Below are positions 1 through 11,400 of a stretch of 56,506 nt of DNA, one piece after another. Each line of letters opens with the position of its first letter. Position 1 is the first letter of the stretch. Under the pieces are notes generated by a model, which saw only the letters and a program-made list of their open reading frames with translations, was not told the origin of the DNA and made no database searches. The translations under genes were made by a program, and so were the position numbers. Source of the stretch: Puniceicoccales bacterium (lineage in GTDB: Bacteria; Verrucomicrobiota; Verrucomicrobiia; Opitutales; JAIRKQ01); NCBI GenBank assembly GCA_031284015.1, contig JAITAS010000067.1:1-56506 (forward strand), written 5' to 3'.

Positions 1-43
1 CTTAGGTAACGTACACGCCGTCGTGGCGTTGTCAATGGCGGGC

Positions 44-119
<76 letters not shown>

Positions 120-156
120 AAGTTTAAATTTAATTTTATATAAAAAAGGAAACAAA

Positions 157-1347
157 ATGGCAAAAGAAACATTCGAGCGGAATAAGCCGCATGTAAATGT
201 TGGAACTATTGGACATGTTGACCATGGTAAGTCTACACTGACAACGGCTATATTAAAAGTACAGTCTGACAAGGGATTGGCTGAATTCAAATCCTATGCT
301 GATGTTACGAAAGGCGGAACGGTTCGCGATTCTACCAAAACTGTCACGATTGCCGTATCGCACGTTGAGTATCAAACGGAGATCCGTCACTATGCCCACG
401 TTGACTGCCCAGGGCATGCTGATTTTGTCAAAAACATGATTACCGGAGCAGCCCAAATGGACGGTGCGATTTTGGTTGTTAGTGCCTACGATGGTCCTAT
501 GCCTCAAACCCGTGAACATATATTGCTTGCTCGTCAAGTGGGAGTTCCAAATTTGGTCGTGTTTTTAAATAAAGTTGACCTTTTGGACGATCCGGAGCTG
601 CTTGATTTGGTCGAAATGGAAGTCCGTGAGCTTTTGAACAAGTATGAATATCCCGGCGATACGATTACCATCATTCGTGGATCTGCTCTGGCAGCCTTGG
701 AAGGCAAACCGGAAGGAGTCAAAGCCATTGGTGAATTAATGGACGCAATCGATAAGGATATCCCAGAACCGGTAAGAAATGTGGACATGCCATTTTTAAT
801 GTCCGTTGAAGACGTTTTTTCGATAACCGGAAGAGGAACCGTAGCAACCGGTCGTATTGAGCGTGGAGCCGTTAGGGTTGGAGAAGAAATCGAAATCGTT
901 GGACTGCGTGATACGGTAAAGACCACATGTACGGGGATTGAAATGTTCCGCAAGCTGTTAGACAGGGGACAAGCCGGAGATAATGTTGGAATATTACTGC
1001 GCGGCATTGATAAGGATGGTGTCGAGCGTGGTCAGGTATTGGCAAAGATCGGATCAATTCATCCCCATACAAAAGCGAAAGCTGAAATATACGTTTTAAC
1101 CAAGGACGAAGGAGGTCGCCATACTCCATTTTTCAATGGATATCGTCCACAATTCTACTTTGGAACGGCCGATGTTACCGGTGTCATTAATTTGCCAGAA
1201 GGCAGGGAAATGGTAATGCCAGGGGATAATTTGAGCATCGAATTGGTTCTTCAGAAACAGATTGCCATGGAAAAAGGACAGCGTTTTGCTATCCGCGAGG
1301 GTGGTCATACGATAGGGGCAGGACGCATAACAGAGGTAATAGCTTAA
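157..1347 (+). CDS. tuf: Elongation factor Tu
   Basis: 396-aa ORF with GHVDHGKS P-loop, DCPGHADF and NKVD GTPase motifs. Full-length EF-Tu architecture. Confidence 0.98.
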   Translation: MAKETFERNKPHVNVGTIGHVDHGKSTLTTAILKVQSDKGLAEFKSYADVTKGGTVRDSTKTVTIAVSHVEYQTEIRHYAHVDCPGHADFVKNMITGAAQMDGAILVVSAYDGPMPQTREHILLARQVGVPNLVVFLNKVDLLDDPELLDLVEMEVRELLNKYEYPGDTITIIRGSALAALEGKPEGVKAIGELMDAIDKDIPEPVRNVDMPFLMSVEDVFSITGRGTVATGRIERGAVRVGEEIEIVGLRDTVKTTCTGIEMFRKLLDRGQAGDNVGILLRGIDKDGVERGQVLAKIGSIHPHTKAKAEIYVLTKDEGGRHTPFFNGYRPQFYFGTADVTGVINLPEGREMVMPGDNLSIELVLQKQIAMEKGQRFAIREGGHTIGAGRITEVIA

Positions 1348-1427
1348 AATACTTAAGGGAAACTATATGCTATGTTTTCTTCGAAAGAAAAAATGCAGCA
1401 TAGGGTTGATTAATTTTTTGAAATCAA

Positions 1428-1503
<76 letters not shown>

Positions 1504-1527
1504 TGATTTGTAGTGAGAATTGATGGT

Positions 1528-1725
1528 ATGCTAGGAAAAGTTAAACGTTTTTTTTCTGAAACATTAGGCGAGCTCAAAAAGGCGGCTTGGCCTACGAAAA
1601 AAGAATTGGGAAAATCTACCATCGTTGTCATAGTGGGGATGTTGCTGATTAGTTTTTATGTGAGCATGATAGATTTTTCTCTATTCAATGTTGTGGATTT
1701 TATGATCAAATGCGTTAGAGGTTAG
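1528..1725 (+). CDS. secE: Preprotein translocase subunit SecE
   Basis: Small ORF with a basic N-terminus and one C-terminal TM helix (IVVIVGMLLISFYVSMIDF), between tRNA-Trp and nusG. The ORF track starts at GTG 1513; the in-frame ATG at 1528 is preferred. Confidence 0.8.
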   Translation: MLGKVKRFFSETLGELKKAAWPTKKELGKSTIVVIVGMLLISFYVSMIDFSLFNVVDFMIKCVRG

Positions 1726-1726
1726 A

Positions 1727-2338
1727 ATGGATGACGAAACGTTAGAACTTGAAACTGTATTTGATGAAAAGATGTTACTACCCAAATGGTTTGTTATTCA
1801 AACCTTGTCAAATCAGGAAAGTAAGGTAAAAAGTGCTATTCATACTCTCGAGAAGGAGCATGATTTTGGAGATATTATCCAGGAAATACTGGTCCCGATG
1901 GAGAAAGTCGTAGAGATAAAGAATGGTAAAAAATATTCCCACGTGAGAAAGTTCTACCCGGGCTATGTCTTTATCAAAATGAAAATGTACGACACCGACG
2001 GTAAATTCCTTGAAAAACCATTTTCTCTCATAAGAAATGTTACGGGGGTCGTTAGATTTGTGGGAGATCGTAATCCTGTTGAGCTGAAACAGAACGAAAT
2101 TGACGATATTTTGGCAAAGATTGAAGCCGTTAGCGGGAAAAGTGTTCCCAAGGTTGCCTACGACATAGGTGAAACTGTAAAAATTAGCGATGGTCCATTT
2201 TTAAACTTGACAGGAACGGTAGAAGAGATTGATACGGAACAAGGTCGATTACGTGTAAATGTTTCGATGTTTGGTCGTTCAACTCCCGTCGACTTAGAAT
2301 TTTGGCAAGTTAGACGATGTGTTGACGGAGAAAATTAG
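1727..2338 (+). CDS. nusG: Transcription termination/antitermination factor NusG
   Basis: 203 aa. NGN-domain start (KWFVIQTLSNQESKV) and C-terminal KOW region (GETVKISDGPFLNLTGTVEEID). Conserved secE-nusG-rplK order. Confidence 0.93.
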   Translation: MDDETLELETVFDEKMLLPKWFVIQTLSNQESKVKSAIHTLEKEHDFGDIIQEILVPMEKVVEIKNGKKYSHVRKFYPGYVFIKMKMYDTDGKFLEKPFSLIRNVTGVVRFVGDRNPVELKQNEIDDILAKIEAVSGKSVPKVAYDIGETVKISDGPFLNLTGTVEEIDTEQGRLRVNVSMFGRSTPVDLEFWQVRRCVDGEN

Positions 2339-2355
2339 AATTTTGAGGGGTAAAA

Positions 2356-2781
2356 ATGGCAAAGAAGGTTGTCAAAGAAATAAAGTTGCAATTGCCTGCT
2401 GGTGCAGCAAATCCTGCGCCTCCGGTTGGTCCAGCATTGGGAGCGGCCGGCATAAATATCATGGGTTTTTGTAAAGAATTCAATGCTAAGACAAAGGATC
2501 AAAATGGTATGATCTTGCCGGTGGTTATATCGGTTTATGCAGATAAAACATTTAGCTTTATTCTTAAATCTCCCCCCGCCGCGGTCTTGCTCAAAAAAGC
2601 AGCCGGCATAGAGAAGGCATCTGGAACTCCCAACCGTGACAAAGTCGGAAAAGTTACCATAGCTCAGGTTACGGAAATTGCCAACATTAAAAAAGAAGAT
2701 TTGAATGCTAATTCTATCGAACAAGCAGTTAGAATAATTGAAGGAACGGCGAGAAGCATGGGAATCGAAATAGTTAGGTAA
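2356..2781 (+). CDS. rplK: 50S ribosomal protein L11
   Basis: 141 aa with the hallmark [20 protein letters not shown] motif. Confidence 0.97.
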   Translation: MAKKVVKEIKLQLPAGAANPAPPVGPALGAAGINIMGFCKEFNAKTKDQNGMILPVVISVYADKTFSFILKSPPAAVLLKKAAGIEKASGTPNRDKVGKVTIAQVTEIANIKKEDLNANSIEQAVRIIEGTARSMGIEIVR

Positions 2782-2788
2782 TAAATTT

Positions 2789-3481
2789 ATGAAAAAATCA
2801 AGCAAACGACATACTAAAGCGCAGGAGGTTGCTGACCTAAGGGATGAGTATTCTGTGTCGGAAGCCGTTGAACTGCTAGGTAAAATGCCAAAAACCAAAT
2901 TCGATGAAACTGTTGTGTTGTCTGTCCGTTTGGGGGTAGATCCAAAGCAAAGCGATCAAATGGTCCGAGGAACTGTTTCATTGCCCCACGGTAGTGGCCG
3001 CAGGGTGAAAATATTAGCATTTACCGATGACCCTGCAGGGGCATTGGCAGCAGGTGCCGATGAGGCGGGATTGCACAACATGTTGCAAAAAATCAACGAC
3101 GGTTGGTTGGATTTTGACGTAGCCGTAGCGACGACATCGGCTATGAAGGAAGTTCGTTCAGCTGCTAGAATTTTGGGACCGCGAGGTTTGATGCCCAATC
3201 CTAAAACGGGAACCGTTTCGGATGACTTGACTTCTGCAATTCAAGCGGTAAAGGCAGGGCGGGTAGAATTCAAGATGGATAAGACCGCTAATCTGGCGAT
3301 CGTGGTAGGTAAGCGGTCGTTTGGTGTGCAAAAATTGATAGAAAATTGTGATACGGCCATAGATGTTTTGTCAAAGATGCGCCCGGTGGAATTTCGTGGT
3401 AAATTTGTAGAATCGATGACAATTGCAGGGACTATGACACCAGGCATTAGATTGTCACAAAAGATCTTTGGAAAGTTTTAA
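2789..3481 (+). CDS. rplA: 50S ribosomal protein L1
   Basis: 230 aa. L1-like sequence (FDETVVLSVRLGVDPKQSDQMVRGTVSLPHG) in the conserved operon position. Confidence 0.96.
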   Translation: MKKSSKRHTKAQEVADLRDEYSVSEAVELLGKMPKTKFDETVVLSVRLGVDPKQSDQMVRGTVSLPHGSGRRVKILAFTDDPAGALAAGADEAGLHNMLQKINDGWLDFDVAVATTSAMKEVRSAARILGPRGLMPNPKTGTVSDDLTSAIQAVKAGRVEFKMDKTANLAIVVGKRSFGVQKLIENCDTAIDVLSKMRPVEFRGKFVESMTIAGTMTPGIRLSQKIFGKF

Positions 3482-3491
3482 GGAAATAAAA

Positions 3492-4004
3492 ATGAGAAAC
3501 GAAAAGAAGCTTTTGGTTGAAGAGATAAAGAAGCATCTTGACAAATCAAACTATGTATTTTTTACAGATTTTCGTGGCATAACAGTTGCTGATGTTTCCA
3601 ACTTGCGCCAGAAATTACGTCCGGAAAAGGGCGAATTTCATGTCGTAAAAAAATCCCTGCTTAGGAAGGCAACCGAAGAGAAGTCATTGCCTATGCCAGA
3701 GAATGGTTTCGAAGGGCAAATAGCTCTCGTTGTTGGTGGAGAAAATCCCCCAGGAATAGCAAAGTTATTAAAAGAGTTTCATAAAAACAGTAAAGAGGAG
3801 AAATTGGCAATGAGAGGTGGTTTGCTGAATGGCAAACTACTTGATCTACAAGACATAACAATGTTGTCGGAGCTTCCGGGGATGGATGTTCTACGTACCC
3901 AATTCCTGGTATTATTAAATACTCCAGCAACACAATTGGTACGGACAATGAATGCTGTTCCACAAGGGGTATTGAATGTGTTGCAAGCCAAAGCGAGAAT
4001 GTAG
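3492..4004 (+). CDS. rplJ: 50S ribosomal protein L10
   Basis: L10-like ORF following rplA. The ATG at 3492 is preceded by aggaaa and avoids overlap with rplA; the ORF track begins at 3468. Confidence 0.9.
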   Translation: MRNEKKLLVEEIKKHLDKSNYVFFTDFRGITVADVSNLRQKLRPEKGEFHVVKKSLLRKATEEKSLPMPENGFEGQIALVVGGENPPGIAKLLKEFHKNSKEEKLAMRGGLLNGKLLDLQDITMLSELPGMDVLRTQFLVLLNTPATQLVRTMNAVPQGVLNVLQAKARM

Positions 4005-4092
4005 AATTTTTCAAAAAATGAGATTTTGCTAGGAAAAGTGTTTCTTAAATGGCATTTGATGATGTCGCTAGCGAGGTTTCGAAAGGAAAGAA

Positions 4093-4482
4093 ATGGCAAA
4101 TATAACAAAAGAACAGGTAATAGATTGGTTGAGCGAACAGTCAGTATTAGAAATCGCTTCCTTGGTTAAGGACTTGGAAGTCAAATGGGGGGTTAGTGCA
4201 GCAGCACCGGTGGCAGCAGTTGCGACAGTGGCAGCAACGGCTACGGCGGATTCTTCCGCTACAGAGGAAAAAACCGAATTCGAGGTTGTGCTAAAAGCAA
4301 CGGGCGATAAAAAGATTGAGGTCATTAAAGCTGTCCGTGAAGTTGCAGGACTGGGATTAAAAGAGGCCAAAGATCTTGTTGAAGGAGCTCCAAAGACTGT
4401 AAAAGAAGCTGTTTCGAAGGCCGATGCAGAAGAAATAAAGAAAAAATTAGAGGCTGCTGGGGCAACCGTTGAGCTGAAGTAA
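4093..4482 (+). CDS. rplL: 50S ribosomal protein L7/L12
   Basis: 129 aa. Ala-rich hinge and a typical C-terminal domain ([32 protein letters not shown]). Confidence 0.97.
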   Translation: MANITKEQVIDWLSEQSVLEIASLVKDLEVKWGVSAAAPVAAVATVAATATADSSATEEKTEFEVVLKATGDKKIEVIKAVREVAGLGLKEAKDLVEGAPKTVKEAVSKADAEEIKKKLEAAGATVELK

Positions 4483-4615
4483 AATTTCTCCGCTGAAGCG
4501 TTGAGGACGCTCTAGGTTAGTAAGCCATGGTCTTTTTTTTGAGGTCCAGTACCGATGTAATAAAGGGAGGCTATGTTTAGGTAATTAAAATTATTAAAAG
4601 AGAATCGTTTATACT

Positions 4616-7600
4616 ATGACGGACAAAAATCGCATTAGTTTCGGAAGTTTAAAAGAAATAATAACTCCGCCCTATCTTATAGAAGCGCAGATAAATTCAT
4701 TTAAAGAATTTTTACAGGCTGATGTGGAAGTAAAAAATCGGCAAGATGTTGGATTGGAGGCGGTTTTTAGACAAGCATTCCCCATCGAAAGCTATGATGG
4801 GACGGCCTCGTTGAATTATTTGTCATATAGGGTTGCTCCAACTAAATATTCGGAAGATTTTTGTATTAAAGAAGGCCGAACCTACGCCGCTCCATTGTTT
4901 TTACGTCTAAAGCTTTCCAATGGCGATGATTCGAGAGAAGAGGAGATTTATCTGGGCGAGATCCCAATCATGAGCGAACGTGGTTCGTTTGTGATTAGTG
5001 GAATGGAGCGTGTTGTTGTTAGTCAACTGCATCGATCTCCGGGTATCTGTTTCGAGGTCACTCCCCATGCGACAGGAAAATTACTACATGCATTTCGCAT
5101 AATGCCCGATCGTGGAACTTGGATAGAAGTACAAAGCGACCAAAATGATCTTTTATATGTCTATTTGGATAGGCGTCGTAGGCGCCGTCGTTTTCTTTTA
5201 ACGACCTTGCTCCGCGCATTTGGTCATAGTTCAGATCGGGAAATACTGTCGATATTTTATAAGCTGCAGGAGGTTAGAGTGGATGAATTGATCAAGGAAG
5301 AATCTTTGGTCGATATTGTTTTGACAGATGATGTAATAGACATAGATCATGGTATCGTTTTAGCACGGGCCTATGAACCTTTGGGTAAAGGCATGCTCAA
5401 GAATTTTATCGAAGTGGGCATTACCAGCATATCAGTGGTAAATGTTTCGGGGGATAGTGGATTGATAATTCGCAGTCTCAAGAAGGATACGACACATAGC
5501 GAAGAAGAGGCACTTTTTGAAATTTATAGGCATTTTAGACCTGGCGAACCATTAAATGCGCAAAATGCAAAAGCATTTTTTATTCGCAGTTTTAAAGATA
5601 GTAAGCGCTATGATCTCAGCAAGATTGGAAGGTATAAAATTAACAGCAAATTGGGCTTGCATAAAGACTTAAACGACACCCTAGTAGGAGCAGACGACAT
5701 CGTCGCAGCAACAAAATACCTGTGCTTGCTTCGATCCGGTGAAGGAGGTTTCGTTGATGACATTGATAGTTTGGGCAGCAGGAGAATTCGAGGAGTCGGT
5801 GAGCTTTTGGTCAACCAATGCCGCATTGGACTGGCTCGTATGGAAAGAATGATACGTGAAAAAATGTCACTGTTAAACCAAAGTGTTGATATACTTTCAA
5901 CCCAGAAATTGATCAATGGAAAAATGTTGATGTCGGTTATCAGGGACTTTTTTGCACGGAGTCAATTATCTCAGTTTATGGATCAGATAAATCCATTATC
6001 CGAGCTTACCCATAAAAGAAGATTGTCTGCCTTGGGACCAAGCGGTTTGAACCGGGATCGTGCGGGTATGGAAGTTAGGGATGTTCATCCATCACACTAT
6101 GGTAGAATTTGCCCAATTGAAACGCCGGAAGGTCCAAACATTGGATTAATAAACTCATTGAGTACCTATGCGCGCATAAATAATTTTGGGTTTATTGAAA
6201 CTCCCTATCGCATTGTAGAAAATGGTCATGTCACCTCTGATGTTGTTTATTTATCGGCAGACAAGGAGGAAAACAAGTTGATCGCCCAAGCAAATTCCAG
6301 CGTCGATGAAAATGGCAATTTGACCGGAAAAATCACCATAAGAAAGTCGAGTGAAATTTTGGAGGTTGATCCGGGAGATGTCGACCTAATGGATGTTTCT
6401 CCCAAGCAGGTAATTTCCATTGCAGCAGGATTGATTCCATTTCTTGAACATGACGATACTAGCCGTGCTCTCATGGGAGCTAATATGCAGCGCCAGGGAG
6501 TACCATTGTTGATAACGGAAGCACCGCTTGTTGGGACTGGGATTGAGAAAAAATTGGCATGCGACTCTAGCCATGTAGTTTTGGCAAAATCCGATGGTAT
6601 TGTTGCTTCCGTCGATGGAGCTAGAATTATTGTAACCAATGATGGCAAGTTACCGGATAATTTTAATGAATCTGACGGTGCCAATAAAAAAGATATTCAA
6701 ATTTATCACTTGCATAAATATTGGAAGTCAAACGCATCCACATGTTTTAATCAAAAGCCCGTGGTAAGCAAGCACCAAACAGTACGAGTGGGAGATGTTT
6801 TAGCAGATGGAGCGGCAACCGACAAGGGAGAATTGGCCCTGGGGAAAAATGTTCTTGTGGCATTTATGCCATGGAACGGATATAACTTCGAGGATGCGGT
6901 AATTTTAAATGAACGTATGATTCGGGATGATGTTTTTACATCGATCCACATAGAAGAATACGAAGTATTTGCCCGTGACACAAAGCTTGGTCCAGAAGAA
7001 ATTACAAGAGATATCCCAAATGTTGGGGATGAGGCTCTAAAAAATTTGAGTAGAAATGGTATTGTTAAAATCGGAGCCGAAGTAAAACCAGGAGATATTT
7101 TAGTTGGAAAAATTACGCCGAAAACGGAAACGGATTTGGCACCGGAGGAGAAATTACTGCGCGCCATTTTTGGTGAAAAGGCAGCTGATGTCAAGGATTC
7201 ATCATTGTTAGCACCTGCTGGGTGCTATGGAATCGTTATGGATGTGAAAATCTCTAGTAGGACGGATAATGAAAGGGAAGATCTTTCCGAGATAGAGTGT
7301 AGGCGGAGAATCAAAAAGACCAATGAAGAGTTTCGTACTCAAGCGGACACAATTCGAGATGACCTAACGGAAGCATTTTCTAGCATTTTATTGGGAGAAA
7401 AAATTCCATTGGACATTACTGATGGGGATACGGGAGAAGTGATTTTACCGGCCAATAGGAAGATTACAAAGACATTGTTGCGTCGATTGGCGGCTTGTGG
7501 AAAAAATATAGAAATGGCTTCGTCTCCAGTGAGAACCAAGATCATGGAAATCATCGGTGTATATCAGGTAAAGTTTGATGATCTGGAAGAGGAAAGGTTA

Positions 7601-8401
7601 CACAAGATTGCAGCCATTGAATCTGGAAATATTGATGATAGTGGTATCATTAAGAATGTTAAGGTGTTTGTAGCAAACAAACGTAAGATACAGGTTGGCG
7701 ATAAAATGGCTGGCCGCCATGGAAACAAAGGTGTGGTTTCAAAAATTGTTAAACGGGAAGATATGCCATTTTTGGAAGATGGTACTCCGATCGACATCAT
7801 ATTAAATCCACTTGGAGTTCCGAGTCGTATGAACGTTGGGCAGGTTTTAGAAACACACCTGGGACTTGTATGTAAAAAACTTGGCATACAAGTTTCTACT
7901 CCCGTATTCGATGGTGTTAAAGAGAACAAAATGCAAGAGCTATACAAGCAGGCAGGCTTATTAGAAAGTGGAAAAGTTGACTTGTTTGATGGTCAAACGG
8001 GCAGGAAATTTGATCAGAAAGTAATGGTTGGCTATATTTATATGATGAAGTTGAACCACCTTGTCGCCGACAAGGTCCATGCCCGTGCCGTTGGTCCATA
8101 CAGCTTGATAACGCAACAACCATTGGGTGGGCGTGCGCAATATGGAGGCCAGCGACTTGGAGAAATGGAAGTATGGGCTCTGGAAGCTTACGGTGCAGCC
8201 TATTCGTTACAGGAGCTGTTAACCGTCAAATCCGATGATTCCCAGGGAAGGACCAGAATTTACGAGTCGATAGTCAAAAGAGATACATCCTTGGACGCGG
8301 GAGTTCCACAGTCATTTAATGTTCTCGTGAAAGAGATGCAAGGATTATGCCTGGACATCAAGCTAGAGGACGATCGATTATTGGATACGGAAAATTTTTA
8401 A
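4616..8401 (+). CDS. rpoB: DNA-directed RNA polymerase subunit beta
   Basis: 1261 aa. Conserved beta-subunit blocks (LSALGPSGLNRDRAG, GRHGNKGVVSKI, QQPLGGRAQYGGQRLGEMEVWALEAYGA). Confidence 0.99.
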   Translation: MTDKNRISFGSLKEIITPPYLIEAQINSFKEFLQADVEVKNRQDVGLEAVFRQAFPIESYDGTASLNYLSYRVAPTKYSEDFCIKEGRTYAAPLFLRLKLSNGDDSREEEIYLGEIPIMSERGSFVISGMERVVVSQLHRSPGICFEVTPHATGKLLHAFRIMPDRGTWIEVQSDQNDLLYVYLDRRRRRRRFLLTTLLRAFGHSSDREILSIFYKLQEVRVDELIKEESLVDIVLTDDVIDIDHGIVLARAYEPLGKGMLKNFIEVGITSISVVNVSGDSGLIIRSLKKDTTHSEEEALFEIYRHFRPGEPLNAQNAKAFFIRSFKDSKRYDLSKIGRYKINSKLGLHKDLNDTLVGADDIVAATKYLCLLRSGEGGFVDDIDSLGSRRIRGVGELLVNQCRIGLARMERMIREKMSLLNQSVDILSTQKLINGKMLMSVIRDFFARSQLSQFMDQINPLSELTHKRRLSALGPSGLNRDRAGMEVRDVHPSHYGRICPIETPEGPNIGLINSLSTYARINNFGFIETPYRIVENGHVTSDVVYLSADKEENKLIAQANSSVDENGNLTGKITIRKSSEILEVDPGDVDLMDVSPKQVISIAAGLIPFLEHDDTSRALMGANMQRQGVPLLITEAPLVGTGIEKKLACDSSHVVLAKSDGIVASVDGARIIVTNDGKLPDNFNESDGANKKDIQIYHLHKYWKSNASTCFNQKPVVSKHQTVRVGDVLADGAATDKGELALGKNVLVAFMPWNGYNFEDAVILNERMIRDDVFTSIHIEEYEVFARDTKLGPEEITRDIPNVGDEALKNLSRNGIVKIGAEVKPGDILVGKITPKTETDLAPEEKLLRAIFGEKAADVKDSSLLAPAGCYGIVMDVKISSRTDNEREDLSEIECRRRIKKTNEEFRTQADTIRDDLTEAFSSILLGEKIPLDITDGDTGEVILPANRKITKTLLRRLAACGKNIEMASSPVRTKIMEIIGVYQVKFDDLEEERLHKIAAIESGNIDDSGIIKNVKVFVANKRKIQVGDKMAGRHGNKGVVSKIVKREDMPFLEDGTPIDIILNPLGVPSRMNVGQVLETHLGLVCKKLGIQVSTPVFDGVKENKMQELYKQAGLLESGKVDLFDGQTGRKFDQKVMVGYIYMMKLNHLVADKVHARAVGPYSLITQQPLGGRAQYGGQRLGEMEVWALEAYGAAYSLQELLTVKSDDSQGRTRIYESIVKRDTSLDAGVPQSFNVLVKEMQGLCLDIKLEDDRLLDTENF

Positions 8402-8420
8402 TTAAAGAGTTGGTAATATA

Positions 8421-11400
8421 ATGAATTTCGCAGAAAAAACAAATTTCAAAGAGGTAAAATCGATTCTAGGGTTCGAAGACATCAGTAACTATAATCGTGT
8501 GGGTGTTTCCATCGCTTCCCCGGATACTATCCGTTCATGGTCCAGCGGTGAAGTAAAAAATCCAGAGACGATAAATTATAGAACTTTTAAGCCTGAACCA
8601 GGAGGATTGTTTTGTCAGAAAATTTTTGGTCCAGTACGTGATTACGAGTGCGCATGTGGCAAATACAAACGAATCAAGCACAAGGGTATGGTTTGCGAAC
8701 GGTGTGGTGTCGAAGTTACAGTCTCGCGCGTTCGTCGGGAAAAAATGGGACACATCGAGCTTGCAGTTCCAATATCCCACATTTGGTTTCTAAAAAGTTT
8801 ACCCAGTAGGATAGGTCTAATGCTCGATATAACAGCGAAAGACCTAGAAAAGGTTATATATTATGAGCGCTATATGGTCGTTGATCCAGGGGTTACGTCT
8901 CTGCAAAAATGCCAATTGTTGACAGAAAAAGAATATTCCCAATTGCAAGAGGAATATGGGGATGATGCTTTTGAGGCCAAGATAGGGGCAGAAGCCGTAC
9001 GAAATGTTTTGTCCCAAATTGATCTACAAGATCTTATAATGGAATTACAGGAACGACTAAGGGTTACGCATTCCAAACAAGCAAAAAAGATTTTGACTAA
9101 ACGATTGAAATTGGCAAATGGGTTTGAGGAAAGTAATATGCGTCCCGAATGGATGGTCTTAGAGGTTTTACCAATTATTCCTCCCGATTTACGTCCTTTG
9201 GTTCCTTTGGATGGAGGGCGTTTTGCCACCAGTGACTTAAATGATTTATACCGTAGGGTTATCAATCGAAATAATCGTCTTAAGAGTTTGCTAAGCCTCA
9301 AAACTCCCGATGTTATAATTCACAATGAAATGCGCATGCTCCAAGAGGCCGTTGATGCGTTATTCGATAACGATAAGCACGGAAAAAGTGTTGTTGGGGC
9401 GGGCAATAGACCTTTAAAATCCCTTAGCGAAATGCTGAAAGGGAAACAGGGACGCTTTAGGCAAAATTTATTGGGGAAACGAGTTGACTACAGTGGCCGA
9501 TCGGTAATTGTTATAGGGCCAGAGTTGAAGATCCACCAGTGTGGACTGCCGAAACGCATGGCTTGGGTATTATTTGAACCGTTTATCATAAGGCGTTTAA
9601 AGGAACTCGGATTTGTTCATACGGTTCGCAGTGCCAGAAAAATGATAGAAAGGCAGGCTCCCGAAGTTTGGGATATTTTAGAAGAAATTACCCGTGATCA
9701 TCCCATATTGCTAAATCGTGCACCAACACTCCATAGATTATCGATCCAGGCATTTGAGCCAATCCTAATAGAAGGAGATGCCATCCGAATACATCCCATG
9801 GTATGTGCAGCTTTTAATGCTGATTTCGACGGTGATCAAATGGCTGTACACGTACCACTATCTTTGGAAGCTGTAATGGAAGCGAGGATGCTAATGTTAG
9901 CTCCAAAAAACATCTTTTCTCCCTCTAGCGGGAAACCGGTATTGGTCCCTTCGCAAGACATCGTTCTTGGTTGCTATTATCTAACCATTGACCCTATGGT
10001 AAAGAAAGACCCAAAGGCAGCTTTACCACTAATATCTAGTGTTGAAGAGGCATTACGGATAGATGCGGAAAATATTTTGAGAAAGCATGACAGAGTGCGC
10101 TATGTAAATCCCGACTATAAACAAAGCACGCGTTATGGTAACCCGAATGCAAAGGTCATAGAGACTACGCTTGGCCGGATAATTTTTAACAGTGTCTTTC
10201 CTCAGCCATTGGGATTTGTTAATTCTCCCGTAGCGAAAGGGAAATTAGGTGATTTGGTGATCAATACATATAAAGTTGCCGGCCAAGAAATTGCCGTAAA
10301 AACGTTGGACAAATTGAAAGATCTTGGATTCAAGGAAGCCACGAAAGCAGGATTATCAATCGGAATTGGCGACATGATCATTCCGAACAATAAGCAAAAT
10401 GTAATTGCTGCTGCCAAGAAGAAAATTGCTGATGTGGAAATGCAACATAAGAGAGGAATTATTACCTCCGGGGAACGTTATAATAAGATAGTTGATATTT
10501 GGACTACGGCTACCGATGATATCGCCCAAATGGCATTTGAATCGTTGGCCAAAAATGGGGGATCGAATGATGTAAATTCGATGTTCCTGATGATGGATTC
10601 CGGTGCTCGTGGCAATCGTCAACAGGTGCGACAGTTATGTGGTATGCGCGGTCTCATGGCGAAACCGTCGGGAGAAATTATTGAGCAGCCAATTTTGTCA
10701 TCTTTTCGGGAAGGTTTGTCTGTCCTAGAGTATTTTAGTTCTTCGCACGGTGCCAGAAAAGGGTTAGCTGATACCGCTCTTAAAACGGCCGATGCGGGAT
10801 ACCTAACACGTAAATTATGTGATGTTGCCATGGATTGTGTAATAGAAGACCATGATGATGGCAACAGAAATGGCATATGGAAATCGGCAATTTTGGAAGG
10901 TGACGATGAAATTGTTAGCTTGGCAGATAGAATCATTGGACGTTGCTCCAGTGAAGACGTGAAAAATTTGCTCGATCCAGATGAAATTATAGTCGCAGCC
11001 GGTGAACTAATAACGGCAGATATCGCTAAGCGCATAGAAGAATGTGGCATCGAGCATGTAAAAATTATGTCACCGCTGACGCATATGACTAAAAGCACGA
11101 TCCCTACCAAGGCCTATGGGATTAACCCCGCCACTAACAGCATGGTTGAGAGAGGTACGGCAGTTGGGGTTATTGCTGCCCAATCCATTGGTGAGCCTGG
11201 AATTCAGCTGACATTGAGAACCTTTCATGTGGGTGGTGTTGCCAGTCAAGTCTTAAAAAGTTCAGAATATCGTGTTCGCCATACTGGTTTTATCAAATTT
11301 AATGGCTTAAAAATGGTTACAACACTCGAAAAGGCCAATATTGTGTTGAACAAGACAGGGTCTATTCAAATCGTTGATCCTGAGGGCCATGAGTTGGAAA

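Noticed and set aside
1-43. Possible 3' fragment of another tRNA upstream of tRNA-Thr, as in thrU-tyrU-glyT-thrT-tufB-type clusters.
   Set aside because: I could not find a T-arm, acceptor 3' strand or CCA-compatible end. Only a short cgcc/ggcg hairpin is present.
253-1308. Several antisense or alternate-frame ORFs inside tuf (253..537, 534..1007, 872..1129, 1096..1308). Similar shadow ORFs lie inside rpoB, rpoC, sufB, sctV (for example 40912..41511, 199 aa) and the pseudopilins (27963..28361).
   Set aside because: They overlap strongly supported conserved genes on the opposite strand or in another frame. Their translations are low-complexity (S/P/T/I-rich) with no motifs, which is typical of shadow ORFs.
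1361-1420. AT-rich imperfect hairpin (ttttctt-cga-aagaaaa within tatgct...agcata) between tuf and tRNA-Trp.
   Set aside because: The stem is almost entirely A-T and no adjacent U-tract follows directly. It could be a processing site, but this cannot be supported from sequence alone.
4483-4615. Possible rplL-rpoB attenuator (hairpin agcgt-tgagg-acgct followed further on by a T8 run).
   Set aside because: The stem is only 5 bp and the T-run is separated from it by about 20 nt, so it is not a convincing intrinsic terminator.
5171-5191. A run of seven consecutive Arg codons in rpoB (DRRRRRRRF).
   Set aside because: It aligns with the conserved basic DRRRK patch of beta subunits. Codons are mixed (agg/cgt/cgc), so it is not a slippery homopolymer. 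Probably a harmless lineage-specific variation.
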